A DNA stretch of 63,307 nucleotides, filler included, from Basidioascus undulatus (taxonomy: Eukaryota), in the NCBI GenBank assembly GCA_000826855.1. It is 19 parts of 19 records of this genome, joined end to end, with 100 filler letters (N's around TTAATTAATTAA, not from the genome) between each part and the next. Parts side by side here need not be neighbours in the genome. Positions count along the whole stretch, not along the records: positions 27,340 to 29,505 come from JTLS01002892.1; positions 29,606 to 31,771 come from JTLS01002893.1; positions 31,872 to 34,035 come from JTLS01002894.1; positions 34,136 to 36,297 come from JTLS01002895.1; positions 36,398 to 38,558 come from JTLS01002896.1; positions 38,659 to 40,818 come from JTLS01002897.1; 13 more parts are not named here. One strand, given 5' to 3'. The stretch's first letter is position 1. Each line of letters opens with the position of its first letter. The position numbers and the translations under genes are program-made. Of the stretch, positions 28,865-40,918 are shown piece by piece. Under the pieces are notes generated by a model. That model had not been told where the DNA came from, did no database searches, and saw nothing but the letters and a program-made list of their open reading frames with translations.

Positions 28865-29505
28865 ATGCACGGATACCACGGTGGAAAGCCGCACCATGGC
28901 GGGTACATGGGCCCTCCGCCGACGATGCTCAATCGGGCGCACGTCCAGTGCTATCAGGACTATATCGACATCTTGCCGGAGAATGCGGCGGAGGCTTTGA
29001 GGGCAATAGAGGAGCTCAAGCAGTGTGAGTAGTCCAGCCTGCCCTAGGTTATCTGGGATGAATGAAGGCTGAATGGCGTGGGTAACGGCCAGACTATGCG
29101 GACGTCGACTACCAGCTGCAGGACATGGCCAAGAAAGCCAGTGCGTAGCTGACTTACAAAGCATTTGGGGCATTCTCCTTTGGTGCTACTGAACCCACTC
29201 TGTTACACTCCCTACCTTCCAGAGTCCGACGCGGAGCGCGCGGCTCGAGTCGCCGAGGTCGCCGCCAAGGCCGCTGCGGGCGTCAAGGAGGGTCGTTCGC
29301 GAGCGACAGCTCCTCTGCCTCCCTGCCGGCCTCCCTGGAGCTCCTGCAACCCATGCGCACCCACGCCATGCCCGACCCCGCCCCAGCCGCCCAACATCAA
29401 GCCCGTCGAGTGCAAGCCTCCTCCGCTGTGCCCGCCCGAGCCCGTCTACTGCCCGCCTGTCGGGCCGACCCCGCCCAAGCTCAAGAAGGTCGAGTGCAGG
29501 CCCCC
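28865..29505 (+). CDS. Hypothetical protein with helical N-terminal part and Pro/Cys-rich tail, 3' truncated
   Basis: Three phase-consistent exons: MHGYHGGKPHHGGYMGPPPTMLNRAHVQCYQDYIDILPENAAEALRAIEELKQ|YYADVDYQLQDMAKKA|KSDAERAARVAE..PPCRPPWSSCNPCAPTPCPTPP..VECKPPPLCPPEPVYCPP..VECRP. Confidence 0.65.
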
Positions 29506-29605
29506 NNNNNNNNNNNNNNNNNNNNNNNNNNNNNNNNNNNNNNNNNNNNTTAATTAATTAANNNNNNNNNNNNNNNNNNNNNNNNNNNNNNNNNNNNNNN
29601 NNNNN

Positions 29606-30947
29606 CCCCGAGGCGTTGAAGCGGCCGTAAAGGTAGAGCGCCGAGGTGCAGCCGCAATCGCTGTGGCGCCCGTGACGGTCTGGCTGCGCGACAGGCCGGC
29701 CGCCCCGGGGACGAAGTCCGAATTGACTGCGCCTGTCGGGAGTTGGCCCTGGCGCTGGCGGGTGATGCCTGTGAAGGTGGTCTGTTGTGTGGGAGCGATG
29801 AATGGGAAAGTTTACAAGGGAAAGGGGAGAAAGGAAGGGGACGCACGAAAACGTCTTTGAGGTCCTCCGCCGCGATGACCTTCGCCTTGCCCATGTAGTC
29901 CTTCTGCTTGAGGTTCCTGACCTTGGTCTGGTTCGGCCTGAAGAGGACGCCGACGGGGACAGAGAATACGGTGTAGCCCTTCCGACGCGCAGTCCTCTCA
30001 GCCTCCCCCTTTCACAACCAGGAAAATACTGAGCCGAGAAACACACGTACCGCCGCCCGGTCCCTGATCGCATCGTCGATGACCGCACGCTCGTCGAACG
30101 CGGCCTTGTTGGCCGCCTCGCGCATGTCCGCCAGCCCGCCGTCCTCGTCGCCGAGGTAGACCTTCGAGATGCCCTTGTTGAAGAGGACCTCGGCCGTGTA
30201 CAGCTTGAACTTGAGCCCGAGCTGCTCGTAGTCGCTGTCAGACATTTCCCCAAAACTCCATCAATTTTCCAACCCAGGGCTTATGAAGCTCATGATGAAC
30301 GGCAAACCGCACATGGCCTGATTGCTGCGCAGGTACAGCATCGCAGACTCGAAGTCGAGCAGCGCACGCTGGTGCTTGCCGATAAGCTGCCGAGCACGCC
30401 ACCATCAGCCCCGCTCTTCCAAGTATGCCTCTGATCAAAGCGCACGAAGTTCGACACCCCGCTCTGGAAGTACGCGATCGCGAGATACTGGTCGAGGCCG
30501 ACCACAGCCTGGTACATCTCGACAGCCGTCTCGTGCTCGCCGATCGTCGCGTAGATGAGGCCGATGTTCTGATGAAGATCCCCACCTCCACCAATTATAA
30601 ATCCCTCTATACATCCAGGGCGTTAGTGGGGGAGAGACGCACGAAGAGGATCTTGCTCGTGTCCGAAATGCCCTATCCACAATCCACCCGCATCAGTCCC
30701 CAACCCGTTTCCCGCTCTTCGCTGTTCCACAAACGTACGCTAAACATCTCCAGCGCACGATCGTACTCGCATGCGTCGTACGCGACCAGCGCTGCTCCCC
30801 TCCTCTGCCATCAGCCTCATAGCGGCGTATGCGTACAGCGAAAGCGCCTTACCGTCCGACCACGCTTGGAGCTCAGCCTTTCGCCCCCGCTGCTGTCAGA
30901 GCTCTCCTCTGCGCTCCAAGAGCGATAAGACATGCCTTGAGAGACAT
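29606..30947 (-). CDS. noxR: NoxR, fungal p67phox-like NADPH oxidase regulator (TPR region), 3' truncated
   Basis: MSLK|AELQAWSD..SDTSKILF|NIGLIYATIGEHETAVEMYQAVVGLDQYLAIAYFQSGVSNF..YLRSNQAI|DYEQLGLKFKLYTAEVLFNKG..GYTVFSVPVGVLFRPNQTKVRNLKQKDYMGKAKVIAA. Confidence 0.92.
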
Positions 30948-31871
30948 CGCAGTCTAAAAATGAAAGGTTGTAGAACAGGAAACGAGGGTCTTAAAGCGAA
31001 TGTCCGGTGTGCGATCCAGCGCAATAAAAATTGAACAGAACGAGCTCGTCGAGAGCGTAATGCGGAAAGATGAAGGTGGTGGCGAAAGATCAACAGGCTG
31101 AGATAGAGGCAGAAACGGAAGCAAGCTCGCGAATATGGCTCGAGTGAGCTGGGAGATTAAGGGCGTGGTGGTGCGAGGCACAAAACGACGGTGGGCGGCG
31201 GAAAAGGGGACGGATGAAACGGCTTGGGGACGACACGAAACGCCGGGGATTGCTCTTTGTGCTGTCGCTGGCGGACGCTACTTGTCAGAATGAATGAAAA
31301 GCACGAGGACTGATTTCAATGAACTAATTGAAGCAGTCCGAACTTGCAGAATATGGTGGAAGGACGGGCTTGCAAAGTGCTGTGCGACAGGGCGGCAGCC
31401 GGGACGGCATGCTGCACAAAGACCCCGCCAGAGTGTGCATTCAAGTAAAACAGCGAACGAGCGAAAACAGCGCGCTCATCATGACATTGAGGGCAAAATA
31501 AGGCAGTATGTAAACCACAAATGCAACAGCTATTCAGACAAGGCAAAGCACAGCAATATCCAACGTCCCAGCGACTCCCTCTTCTCTTCCCCGCCCCCAG
31601 CCCAGCCCCACACAAACGATGAAAGGAACCCCGGAAAGAATATGCAGTACAGATTCAAGAACACAGCGAAGCAGTGGAGGCGGGACAAGACGGCAGTTCG
31701 CGGGAGGGAGGAAGATGGCAGGGGGCGCGGACAAAGGGGTAGGCGTACAGCGGGCGGCGGCGGCGGTGGAGNNNNNNNNNNNNNNNNNNNNNNNNNNNNN
31801 NNNNNNNNNNNNNNNTTAATTAATTAANNNNNNNNNNNNNNNNNNNNNNNNNNNNNNNNNNNNNNNNNNNN

Positions 31872-34035
31872 GCCGCCGCCACTCCCGCGCCCGAGTCCGC
31901 GGAGGCGCCCGCCGCCGCCCAGGAGCGCCCCACTCCCGCGGAGGCGCAAGAGCAGAAGCCCTTCCCCGACCTCATCCCCTCCACCGTCCAGCTCGGCTCC
32001 TTCCGTCCCATCGCTCCCCAAGACCCCCCGCCGAACCCGAAGAAGGCGCCCCTGTTCGAGACGGTCAAGGACCGGATCGACAAGGAGACGTACAAGGCGA
32101 TCACCGTGCGCCCGCACAAGCACACGCACATGTCCCTCGTCCAGGCCGCCGTCCTCCCTCTCCTCCCCGGCCTCGCCTCGCCGCACCAGCGCCAAGACCC
32201 GGAGCGCAAGGACCTGCTCGTCAAGGCCAAGACCGGCACGGGCAAGACACTCGCATTCCTCGTCCCTGCGATGGAGGCGCGACTGAAGGCGATCGAGGAG
32301 GCGGGCGCGGAGCGGGTCAGGCTGAGCAAGAAGGCGCAGGACAAGCAGCTCGACCTCATGGGCCAGAAGGAGTACGCGAAGAACACCGTCGGCGCGCTCA
32401 TCCTCTCTCCGACTCGCGAGGTACGTTCCTTCGTTGCCGCTTGAGCAATCGGCTTCTTAGATGCTGACTCTTTCTCGACACACAGCTCGCTACGCAGATC
32501 GCAAACGAGGCGATCAAGCTCGCGACGTTCCACAAGGGCTTTGAGGTCCGCCTCTTCGTCGGTGGCTCAAACAAGGGCAAGCAGCTCCAGGAGTTCAAGC
32601 GGGGCCGCGCGGACATCGTCGTCGCGACGCCCGGTCGCATGCTGGACGTGCTCGAGTCGTCGGGTATGGTTTCTGACGCGATGAAGAGCGCTCAGACTGT
32701 ACGTCACTGTACCGATTCAGCATCGCTTGCGCAGATACTGACCTTTTCTCTTTGTGATTACAGCTCATTCTCGACGAGGCCGACACGCTGCTCGAGATGG
32801 GCTTCAAGGACGACATGCAGGCGATCCAGGAGTACCTGCCGCCCGCGCCCGAGCGCCAGACCTTCCTCTTCTCCGCGACCGTGTCGCCGCAGATCCGGAC
32901 CGTCGCGCGCCAGACGCTGAAGCGCGACCACCTCTTCATCGACTGCGTCCCTGAGGGCGAGTCCAACTCGCACGAGCACATCCCGCAGTACTCGTCCATC
33001 CTCTCCTCGCCCTCGCTCCAGATCCCGCACGTCCTCCGCCTCATCGCGCACGACCAGCTCACGAACCCGAGCGCGTCCAAGACGATCGTCTTCTGCCCGA
33101 CGACCAAGATGACCATGCTCTACGCGACGATCCTCCGCGCGATGGCGACGCACCTGCCCATGGGCCGCGACGCGCCCATCTACGAGATCCACTCGAAGCG
33201 GTCGCAGGAGCAGCGCACGCGCACGTCCGACCAGTTCCGCTCCGACAAGTCAGGCGGCTCCGTCCTCGTCACCTCGGACGTCTCTGCGCGCGGCGTCGAC
33301 TACCCGGGCGTCACTCGCGTCATTCAGATCGGCATCCCCGGTTCGGCGGACCAGTACGTGCACCGTATCGGTCGGACGGGCCGCGCGGGCACCACCGGCC
33401 GCGCCGACATCGTCCTCAGCCACTGGGAGGCCGGCTTCCTCACGTGGCAACTCAAGAACATGCCGATCAAGGACGCCCCCGCGAACACGCTCGTCGAGGA
33501 GGTCACCAGGCTCGCGCAGGAGGTTGACACGTTGGGCAAGACGTCGGACCGCCCGCCGGTCGACCCTCGTATCTCTGGGCGGAAGGGCCTTCCCAGGCCC
33601 GCCCCGCGGGTCAACGTCGGGTACCGCACGGACGTCGCCGCGCGCCTGGAGGAGATCCCGCAAGCGTACAAGACGCTCACCCGCCAGCTCGACGAGGAGG
33701 CGGTCCGCGAGACGTTTGCGTCGCTGCTCGGCTACTACATCGCCAAGTTCGGCGAGATCCGGACGACCAAGACCGTCATCGTCGAGGGCATCAAGGAGTG
33801 GACAACGGCGGGCATGGGCCTCGACCGGCCCCCATACGTCTCGGATGCGTTCCTCCAGAAGCTCGGCTTTACCGACAATCGCACGCGCCGCTTTGGTGCG
33901 CGCGACCGGTACGGCGGGCGCGACACCGAGCGGTACATGGCGCCCTCGCACATGGGCGAGAGTGCGTTCGCCCGGCGCGAGGACCAGCGCGGCGGCTTCC
34001 GTGGTCCGGACCGCGGCAAGACGCGCGACGAGTGG
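31872..34035 (+). CDS. MSS116: DEAD-box RNA helicase, MSS116/CYT-19-like, both ends truncated
   Basis: AKTGTGKTLAFLVP, LSPTRE|LATQI, VATPGRMLD, DEADTLLEMGF, FLFSAT, SDVSARGVDYPGVT, YVHRIGRTGRAG. C-terminal extension FASLLGYY and an R/G/D-rich tail. Confidence 0.88.
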
Positions 34036-34176
34036 NNNNNNNNNNNNNNNNNNNNNNNNNNNNNNNNNNNNNNNNNNNNTTAATTAATTAANNNNNNNNN
34101 NNNNNNNNNNNNNNNNNNNNNNNNNNNNNNNNNNNGAGAACTTTGTCCCCTTGCTAAGTCCCATCCGCCCACCCCC

Positions 34177-34882
34177 ATGTCGGTTGCGCTCACGCAGGGC
34201 GCTGTGCCCGCTCTCATGTCCGCCGACCCGGGCACCGACCCCGCGGCGCAGAAGCCGGTCTTGCAGGTCCTCTCGGTCAAGAAGGTGACCGCCCAGAACG
34301 CGAACGCGGCTCAGGACCGCTACCGGTGAGTTCCACTATTCGTTCGCGGCAAGGAGCGCGTCGTCTTCGGTGGGCGGTGCGATGCTTCGCGGCTTGCCTT
34401 TGTGGGCTCCATGGAGCAAGGTTGAATGAATAGGTGTCACGGGCTGCGGGGCTCGGTCGAACGAACTGGCACCAAGAATGGCAGGTTACTGACCTTTGGG
34501 GACACACGTGCAGCCTCATCCTCTCCGATGGCGAACACTTCCTCCAGGCAATGCTTGCCACCCAACTGAACCACCTTGTCGAGAGCAAGGAGATCGACAA
34601 GCATACCATACTCAAGATTGACCAGTTCGCGTGCAACGTCGTCCAGGTTCGTACCGTCTTTCACCAAACTCACTCGAACGAGGGTCACTGATCTCCTTCG
34701 CTGCTCCCAGACCCGCAAGTAAGCGCACAATCTCGCGAAGAGACCTCAGGAGAAAGCAACCTACTAAACGCTCTTCATGGATCCAGGCTCGTCATCTGTC
34801 TCCAGGTCGAGATCATGAGCCAGCAGGCCGAGAAGATCGGCAACCCCGTGCCATTCGACTCTAACAGCGGCGGCGGCGGCGG
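34177..34882 (+). CDS. RFA1: Replication protein A large subunit, N-terminal OB-F domain only in this contig
   Basis: MSVALTQGAV..PVLQVLSVKKV..QDRYR|LILSDGEHFLQAMLATQLNHLV..KIDQFACNVVQ|TRK|LVICLQVEIM..EKIGNPVP. Homology stops at a (GGC)n run. Confidence 0.85.
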
Positions 34883-36298
34883 GACTGGTCCCATCGAAAC
34901 CTCACGAGAAGCGTCGACTTCGACGTCACCATGGGAGAAAGCGAAGCCCACCGTGCGACCCTCCTCACCCTTCTCCCCATCTTCACGCGCCCCCAACCCC
35001 GGCGCCCCCTCGCGCGTCGTCGACTGGCTCCACTCGCCGTCGCCGCCCGACGCAGCTCTTTCGATGGGCACAGCGGGCGGGGCGCGGGGCGGAGGCGTGT
35101 ACACGTCCTCATCCTCGTCTTCATCCTCGTCCTCGTCGGTTCGGATGGAGGCGGGCGAGCGACGAGCGGGTTCTGGCCCGAGCTCGGCTGTCGCGCCCAA
35201 CGCCGAAAAGGAGGCGGCGGCGGGGGAGGGACGACCTGGCTCTTCGGGCGCGGGTTGGAGGTTGAGCTCGGGTGTGCGTTCGGGTGCGGGATGGAGTGCG
35301 TGTGTGGGTTGGTGTTGGGGTTCAGGTTCGAGGGCGGGCTCGGGCTCGTCGGGTGCGGGCGCGGGCGCGGGGGCTAGCTCGGGCGCGCGTACGGGTTCGA
35401 GTGCGGGTTCGAGTTGGAGGTTGGGTGCGGGTGTAGGTGCGGATGCGGGTGCCGGTACGGGATGTATCGAGGCAGAGATAGACGTAGAGGTGGGCTGAGG
35501 AGGCAGAAGGGCCGGACGCTCGCGCGGGTGCGGGGTCGTATTCTCCTCCTCCACCTCCTCCTCCAACTCGTGCTCGGGCGGCGGCGGTGCTGGTGCAGCA
35601 GCCTGTTCGTACTCCGGCTCCGTCAAAGCAGCAGGCTATCCCATCCCATCCCATCCCATACCATCCCGCATGTCAGCCGACTCTCTTGCCCGGGAGAGAG
35701 GAAACAGGGAGTCAGAACGGAACCCACCAGCCTCAGCGCATCCTCCAGCTCCTGATCCCCAACGCTCGCCATGCGCTCCAGCTCCGCGCGGACCGCACCC
35801 TCCGCCGCCAAGCGCTCTTTGCCCTTCTGCAGCCTCGCCGCCGCTTCCGTCATTTCCTCCTCCTGCTCTGCCGCCAACGCCGCCGCTGGAGACGCGATAG
35901 CCTCCGGGGAAGAGACGGCCTTGCCCTTGCCCTTGTCTCGCGCCGGTGCAGGGGGCGGTGAGCCTGAGGATTCGCGCAACTCGCACTCCTCTCCCTTGTC
36001 TCCCGACGCCGTCGAAAGCAGGGGCGGCGCAGCTGAGGAATCGCGGAGGAAGAGCGGCGGAGCTGAATGTGCGAAGATGCACTTACGAAGCAAGGACGTG
36101 TATAACGCGCGTATGGGAAGAGAAAGGAACGCACAAGCTTGAGCGGCGGGTGGGTCTGCTGGGGGTTCGTCCTCCTCCTCGTCCAGCAGGCCGTTAGGTA
36201 AGAATACCGCAGAAGCGTCAGCCGCGGCAGCCGCGGCGGCGAAAGGTGCGGGTACGGGTGCGGGTGCGGGTGCGGGTACGGGTGCAGACGGAGGGGGN
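34883..36298 (-). CDS. Fragment of a low-complexity Glu/Pro/Ala-rich hypothetical protein with a short coiled coil
   Basis: Minus-strand ORFs 34775-35626 and 35623-36093 separated by intron-like segments. EP/AP dipeptide repeats and a DKGKGKA motif. Confidence 0.55.
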
Positions 36299-36478
36299 NN
36301 NNNNNNNNNNNNNNNNNNNNNNNNNNNNNNNNNNNNNNNNNTTAATTAATTAANNNNNNNNNNNNNNNNNNNNNNNNNNNNNNNNNNNNNNNNNNNNTTA
36401 ACGACAGCCTGCGCTCGAGGGTAAACTCTTACCCCACCCCCTCACCCCGACCTGCCTGACCGACCGACCGGCCAACAG

Positions 36479-37290
36479 AGCTCCTCTTCAACACCATCCA
36501 GTCCGCGGCGGTCGACACGCGGGCGGAGCTGTACAAGCACATCGTCCTCTCGGGCGGGTCGAGCATGTACCCCGGCCTGCCCTCCCGCCTCGAGAAGGAG
36601 GTCAAGCAGCTGTACCTCTCGCGCGTGCTCGGGGGGAACCCGGAGAGGCTCAAGGTGCATCGTCTCTCCCCCCTCTTTCCTACTTCATACCACCTCCGCC
36701 ACTTTCTTCTTCCCGCTTCCATATTCACTCGACCTCATTCGTTCTGGTGTGGTTCTTGAAGGGGGGATGGGGGGATGGGATGATACGGAGAGGTGACTGA
36801 TAGGGAAGGTGCGGCGGTGGCAACAGAACTTCAAGATCCGCATCGAGGACCCGCCCAGGCGAAAGCACATGGTCTTCCTCGGCGGCGCCGTCCTCGCCGA
36901 CATCATGAAGAACCGGGACTCGTTCTGGATGTGCGTTTTTCCGCTTCGTCCTTCTCCCCTTTTCCCTCCCCTCCCTCGTCTCTCTCCTTTTTTCCGTTGC
37001 TCCCGTCCATACGCTCTCTTCGCCTCCCCCTCTTTTTTCTCTCCCTCACCCCCTCTCCCATTCTTCACTCCACCTCCCCTCCCTTCCAGTCCTCACTCTT
37101 CATTCCTCCTCTCTCTTCCCCTGCCCTCCCGACCTCTTCCGCCCCTCCCGTCCACTTCCCTCCTTCCGGTCCTCTACTCTGATCGTTGTGCTTTACTAAC
37201 ACACGCTGCTGCGAGTTCCGCAGATCCCGCGAGGAGTGGTACGAGCAGGGGACGCGGAGCTTGGAGAAGCTTGGGCGGGGCGGGAACTGA
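36479..37290 (+). CDS. ARP2: Actin-related protein 2 (Arp2/3 complex), C-terminal exons
   Basis: [50 protein letters not shown]..|[39 protein letters not shown]. Confidence 0.95.
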
Positions 37291-38267
37291 GCGGGTGCGG
37301 GTGCCCGGGCGGAACTGGAGAGAGGGGAAGGAACAGAGAGGAGAGAGAGAGGAGAGCGAGGGTTGTAGCGGCTTGGATGGAGATGCTGCTATTGCGAGAT
37401 GTTCCATGCGTGCCTATAAGATTTGCGATGGTTTATGGGCTGAGCTGCGCGGGCTAGAAGTGGGTGCGGCGGGATGAATGGAGCTGGCAGATCACTTCAA
37501 AGCTCTGGCGGAACATTCTATTCTCCCTGATCGCCGTGTAACATGCGTGGCCATCACATGGCAACTTGCGGCGTTGCAAAGCTCTTCTCGCGGCCCGCTG
37601 CAAGGCACCCGTCCACTCCCTTGCCGATGTGGCCGAATCGTGGTGCTTCTTTCTGACAAATACGATGACTGATTCGCCGTAGCCGCACAGAGATCCTCAA
37701 AACGTCCATGAAAGCGGGAACAGCGAGTAGATGGAACGCTGGACTGCATGAGCCGCACCGCTTTCTGACTGTCACGAGTGTCGGGCGCAGATCCTCACCC
37801 TGGTCTTGCACCTTGCCCCAAATCTCCACCTCTATGATCAGCGCGCAATCCAGCTCTCATTTTACTCGGACTCGCTTCGCAAACACCGCGCCTGGTGTCC
37901 ACCGCCTCTGGCTCTCGGAACATTCGGGGCAGGAGCGCACGAAGCTGTGCGTTGCGTTCGTCCTCCTCTCTCTCTCGGCTTCTCTCCTCGACCGCCTCCT
38001 GCGTTCGTCTCAAAACTATCCGAGGCTGTTGCGGGTAGGCCTGGGCGCAGTAATCGCTCTGACTGTGATCGTTCGCGGTCATGCGGGCGATACTGAACGA
38101 GCACTCGAGCGCACGACCAGCCGAATGCGGCGGAGAAGGCTGACGTTCGCTTGTGCCCCCTGCCTGCAGCGCAGCCAGCCTTTTGCGACCCACCCTCGAT
38201 TTGGGCGCGTTCGGTCGCTCGAGCGCTCTTGCACTCATACTTCGATCACTCTCATACTCTCACAGAC

Positions 38268-38558
38268 ATATATTCTACCCTCGAGCCTGCACGATGAAAG
38301 GCAGACACGCTGGCGTTTGGTGCACCGCTTGTGGGGCGGAGGACTCGTCCTTCTGGCGGAGACATCCTATCACCAAGGTGCGCCACATCATCGTGTTTTT
38401 ATTTTCGAGGTTCAACTGTGGCAATAGGCTTACGCACTGTTGCCATTGCAGGAGTACCTCTGCAACCGCTGTACCCTTTTCCACGTCCTACCCCTGCTTC
38501 CCTCATGCAGTGCTGACATGTTGCCACTGCTTTTAGGCGGTCTCGCAGCGTACGACAA
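38268..38558 (+). CDS. GATA-type zinc finger (CX2CX18CX2C) gene fragment, truncated by gap
   Basis: Spliced across two GT-AG introns: VWCTACGAEDSSFWRRHPITK|EYLCNRC|GLAAYD, with the WRR and LCNxCGL hallmarks. Upstream exons were not resolved. Confidence 0.8.
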
Positions 38559-40152
38559 NNNNNNNNNNNNNNNNNNNNNNNNNNNNNNNNNNNNNNNNNN
38601 NNTTAATTAATTAANNNNNNNNNNNNNNNNNNNNNNNNNNNNNNNNNNNNNNNNNNNNGTTAGCATTCTAGAATGTGAGTCGCTGTAGTACTCGTCGACG
38701 AAAGTGGGAGGGACACCCCGTGTCGTCTACCGTCCGACCGAAACATACCGCTCTCGCAGCCTTTTATACACTGGCTGGATGGCTCGACGCTGCAGCGATA
38801 ACTTGAAAGTGGCGTCCAAAAGTCGCCTACTCTCCGCGAAGCGATACGGATTGCGCCGAGTCAAGACTGCACCTGACCGCCTCGGGAAGATAAGCATGGG
38901 CCATGATATCAATGTTCACAAAGCGATCAGAGGGTATGTAGATGCGACTACCTGGAGCGTGACAGTCCAACAAGTCCGACAGAGTACGAAAGACAAAGCG
39001 GGAGAAACATCGCTCCATTTTCTCGAGAGGATAGCGATGCAAAGCCCAGAGGGTGTGTGGGATGCTACTTCAGTTATGAGGAGGAAGGCCAAGCTTGCGC
39101 TAGGCTGCTCCTGCCTGGAGTTGTAGGACTTGCAATTGAGAATTGCACTAGGGTCTTTGTTTCTCAGTCTCATGTGAAATTAGGTACAAGAAACGCAGTC
39201 AGGCAGCTCATGCGTACTTTGCTCTCTTCTTCATCTCTTCACCCTGGCAGTCAAGTACGGTCGGTCAAGGACAGAATTCCTTTTTTGCCCATCATCACCT
39301 GGAAAATCAATAAATCAGAGGTAGTTCAGACACTCGTTCATTACCCATAGCCACACTGAAAAATGCGAACGAAGGAAGTAAGGGCGGCCAGACGTTGAGG
39401 AATGCCGTCTCGGCGTGTCCGTGGGCTATATGAACGCTTGTCAAACGAGCGGAGTAGTATTTTCTTCCTGTGGGACAGAGGTTATCTCTCTATGACATTC
39501 AGGGTAAACGATTGACGTTGGACCGAATCGGTCGCAGCATTGCGGACTGCGTGCATTCCCCCAGCGAAGACGCTCGTCGGCGCGAAACGGTCTATGTGAA
39601 GACCGCCTGTGTCGTGTAGAGATGCATCACTCAAGAGTGTGTTTTAGAAGGTTGAGAAGTAAACTCCGAAGGTCGAGTGTCTGCAGTCCGAGAACGGCCT
39701 CTTCTGAGTGGAGAGAAGACGCATCGGGAGACGGGTCGTCGTCTGCAGTCCTTTGATGACTGACTGTCCGATTGGCTTGCAAGTCTGAATAATACACACC
39801 TGAATGCTGATGTTAGAGAACGTTTGATGTTCAGCATGGGCGAGGTAGACCAGAGCGTCATGGTCCTTGCCGTCACGGGGGACCTGGTGCGGTCTTCGCA
39901 TGACGCAGAGCCAATGAACCAGCAAGAAAAGCATATCCATCATTCAAAATAATTCAGAAGAATATATCAGATACGACGACTGTTGCCACAAAGAATGAAA
40001 TGTGGGAAAACGAGGTGAAAGAGTGCGCGGGACTTCGTTCCGTTGATAGGGCCTGCCGGGCTTACGGTTGCTGGCTCGCGCGCCCTCAAACCCACCTCAC
40101 TTTTCTTCCCGAGTTCTCCGCTCGCCCCCCACCTCAAACGGCCAGGACCAAG

Positions 40153-40818
40153 ATGGTGAGTGGCTTTGGCCCATCGCACACGACGAGCACGACGACGTCC
40201 CCGTTCTCTCTCTACTCCCCTGCTACGACAACGACAACGGCGACGGCGAGCACGATGGCGGCGGCGGCGTCTTCCTCAGCGCAATTTTTGCCCTGACCCC
40301 CCGCCCGGCCTTCCGAACTCGCTCCGCCTCCGCTCGGCACACCACCACTCCTCCCACCCCGATTCAGAACGATGTTCTGACGCAGAGCTCCTCCTTCCCC
40401 TGTGACCGCAGACCAAGAAGAGGAGAAACAACGGCCGCAACAAGCAGGGCCGCGGCCACGTCCAGTTCGTCCGCTGCTCCAACTGCAGCCGCGCGGTCCC
40501 GAAGGACAAGGCCATCAAGCGCTTCACCGTCCGCAACATGGTTGAATCCGCCGCCATCCGTGACATCTCGGACGCGAGCGTCTACCAGGGTGAGTCGGGC
40601 GTGGACATGTTTAGGGGCGGGCTTGGGAGTGCAATGGCAACACGATGCGCTGGGACTGGATAGGCGATGGTTTCATCTGGGCCGAGCGGGTGCGTTCACA
40701 TCAAAGGGTTACTGACCAATTTCCCTGCACCCTTTTGCAGAGTACGTTCTTCCTAAGCTCTACCTGAAGATTGCGTACTGCGTCTCCTGCGCGATCCACT
40801 CGCACGGTTCGTCTTCTC
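40153..40818 (+). CDS. RPS26: 40S ribosomal protein S26 (eS26), 3' truncated
   Basis: [82 protein letters not shown]. Confidence 0.97.
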
Positions 40819-40918
40819 NNNNNNNNNNNNNNNNNNNNNNNNNNNNNNNNNNNNNNNNNNNNTTAATTAATTAANNNNNNNNNNNNNNNNNNNNNNNNNN
40901 NNNNNNNNNNNNNNNNNN

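Noticed and set aside
35640..36290. (CCATC)n at ~35640-35667 and (GGTGCG)n at ~36245-36290
   Set aside because: Ordinary short microsatellite and Pro-Ala coding repeats.
38659..39960. AT-richer region with short ORFs and splice-like signals
   Set aside because: No consistent gene model or recognisable domain could be built; it may be a decayed gene or transposon but I cannot support a call.
40156..40740. Possible intronic snoRNA in the relatively long RPS26 introns
   Set aside because: No convincing box C (RTGATGA) plus box D pair or H/ACA structure was seen.
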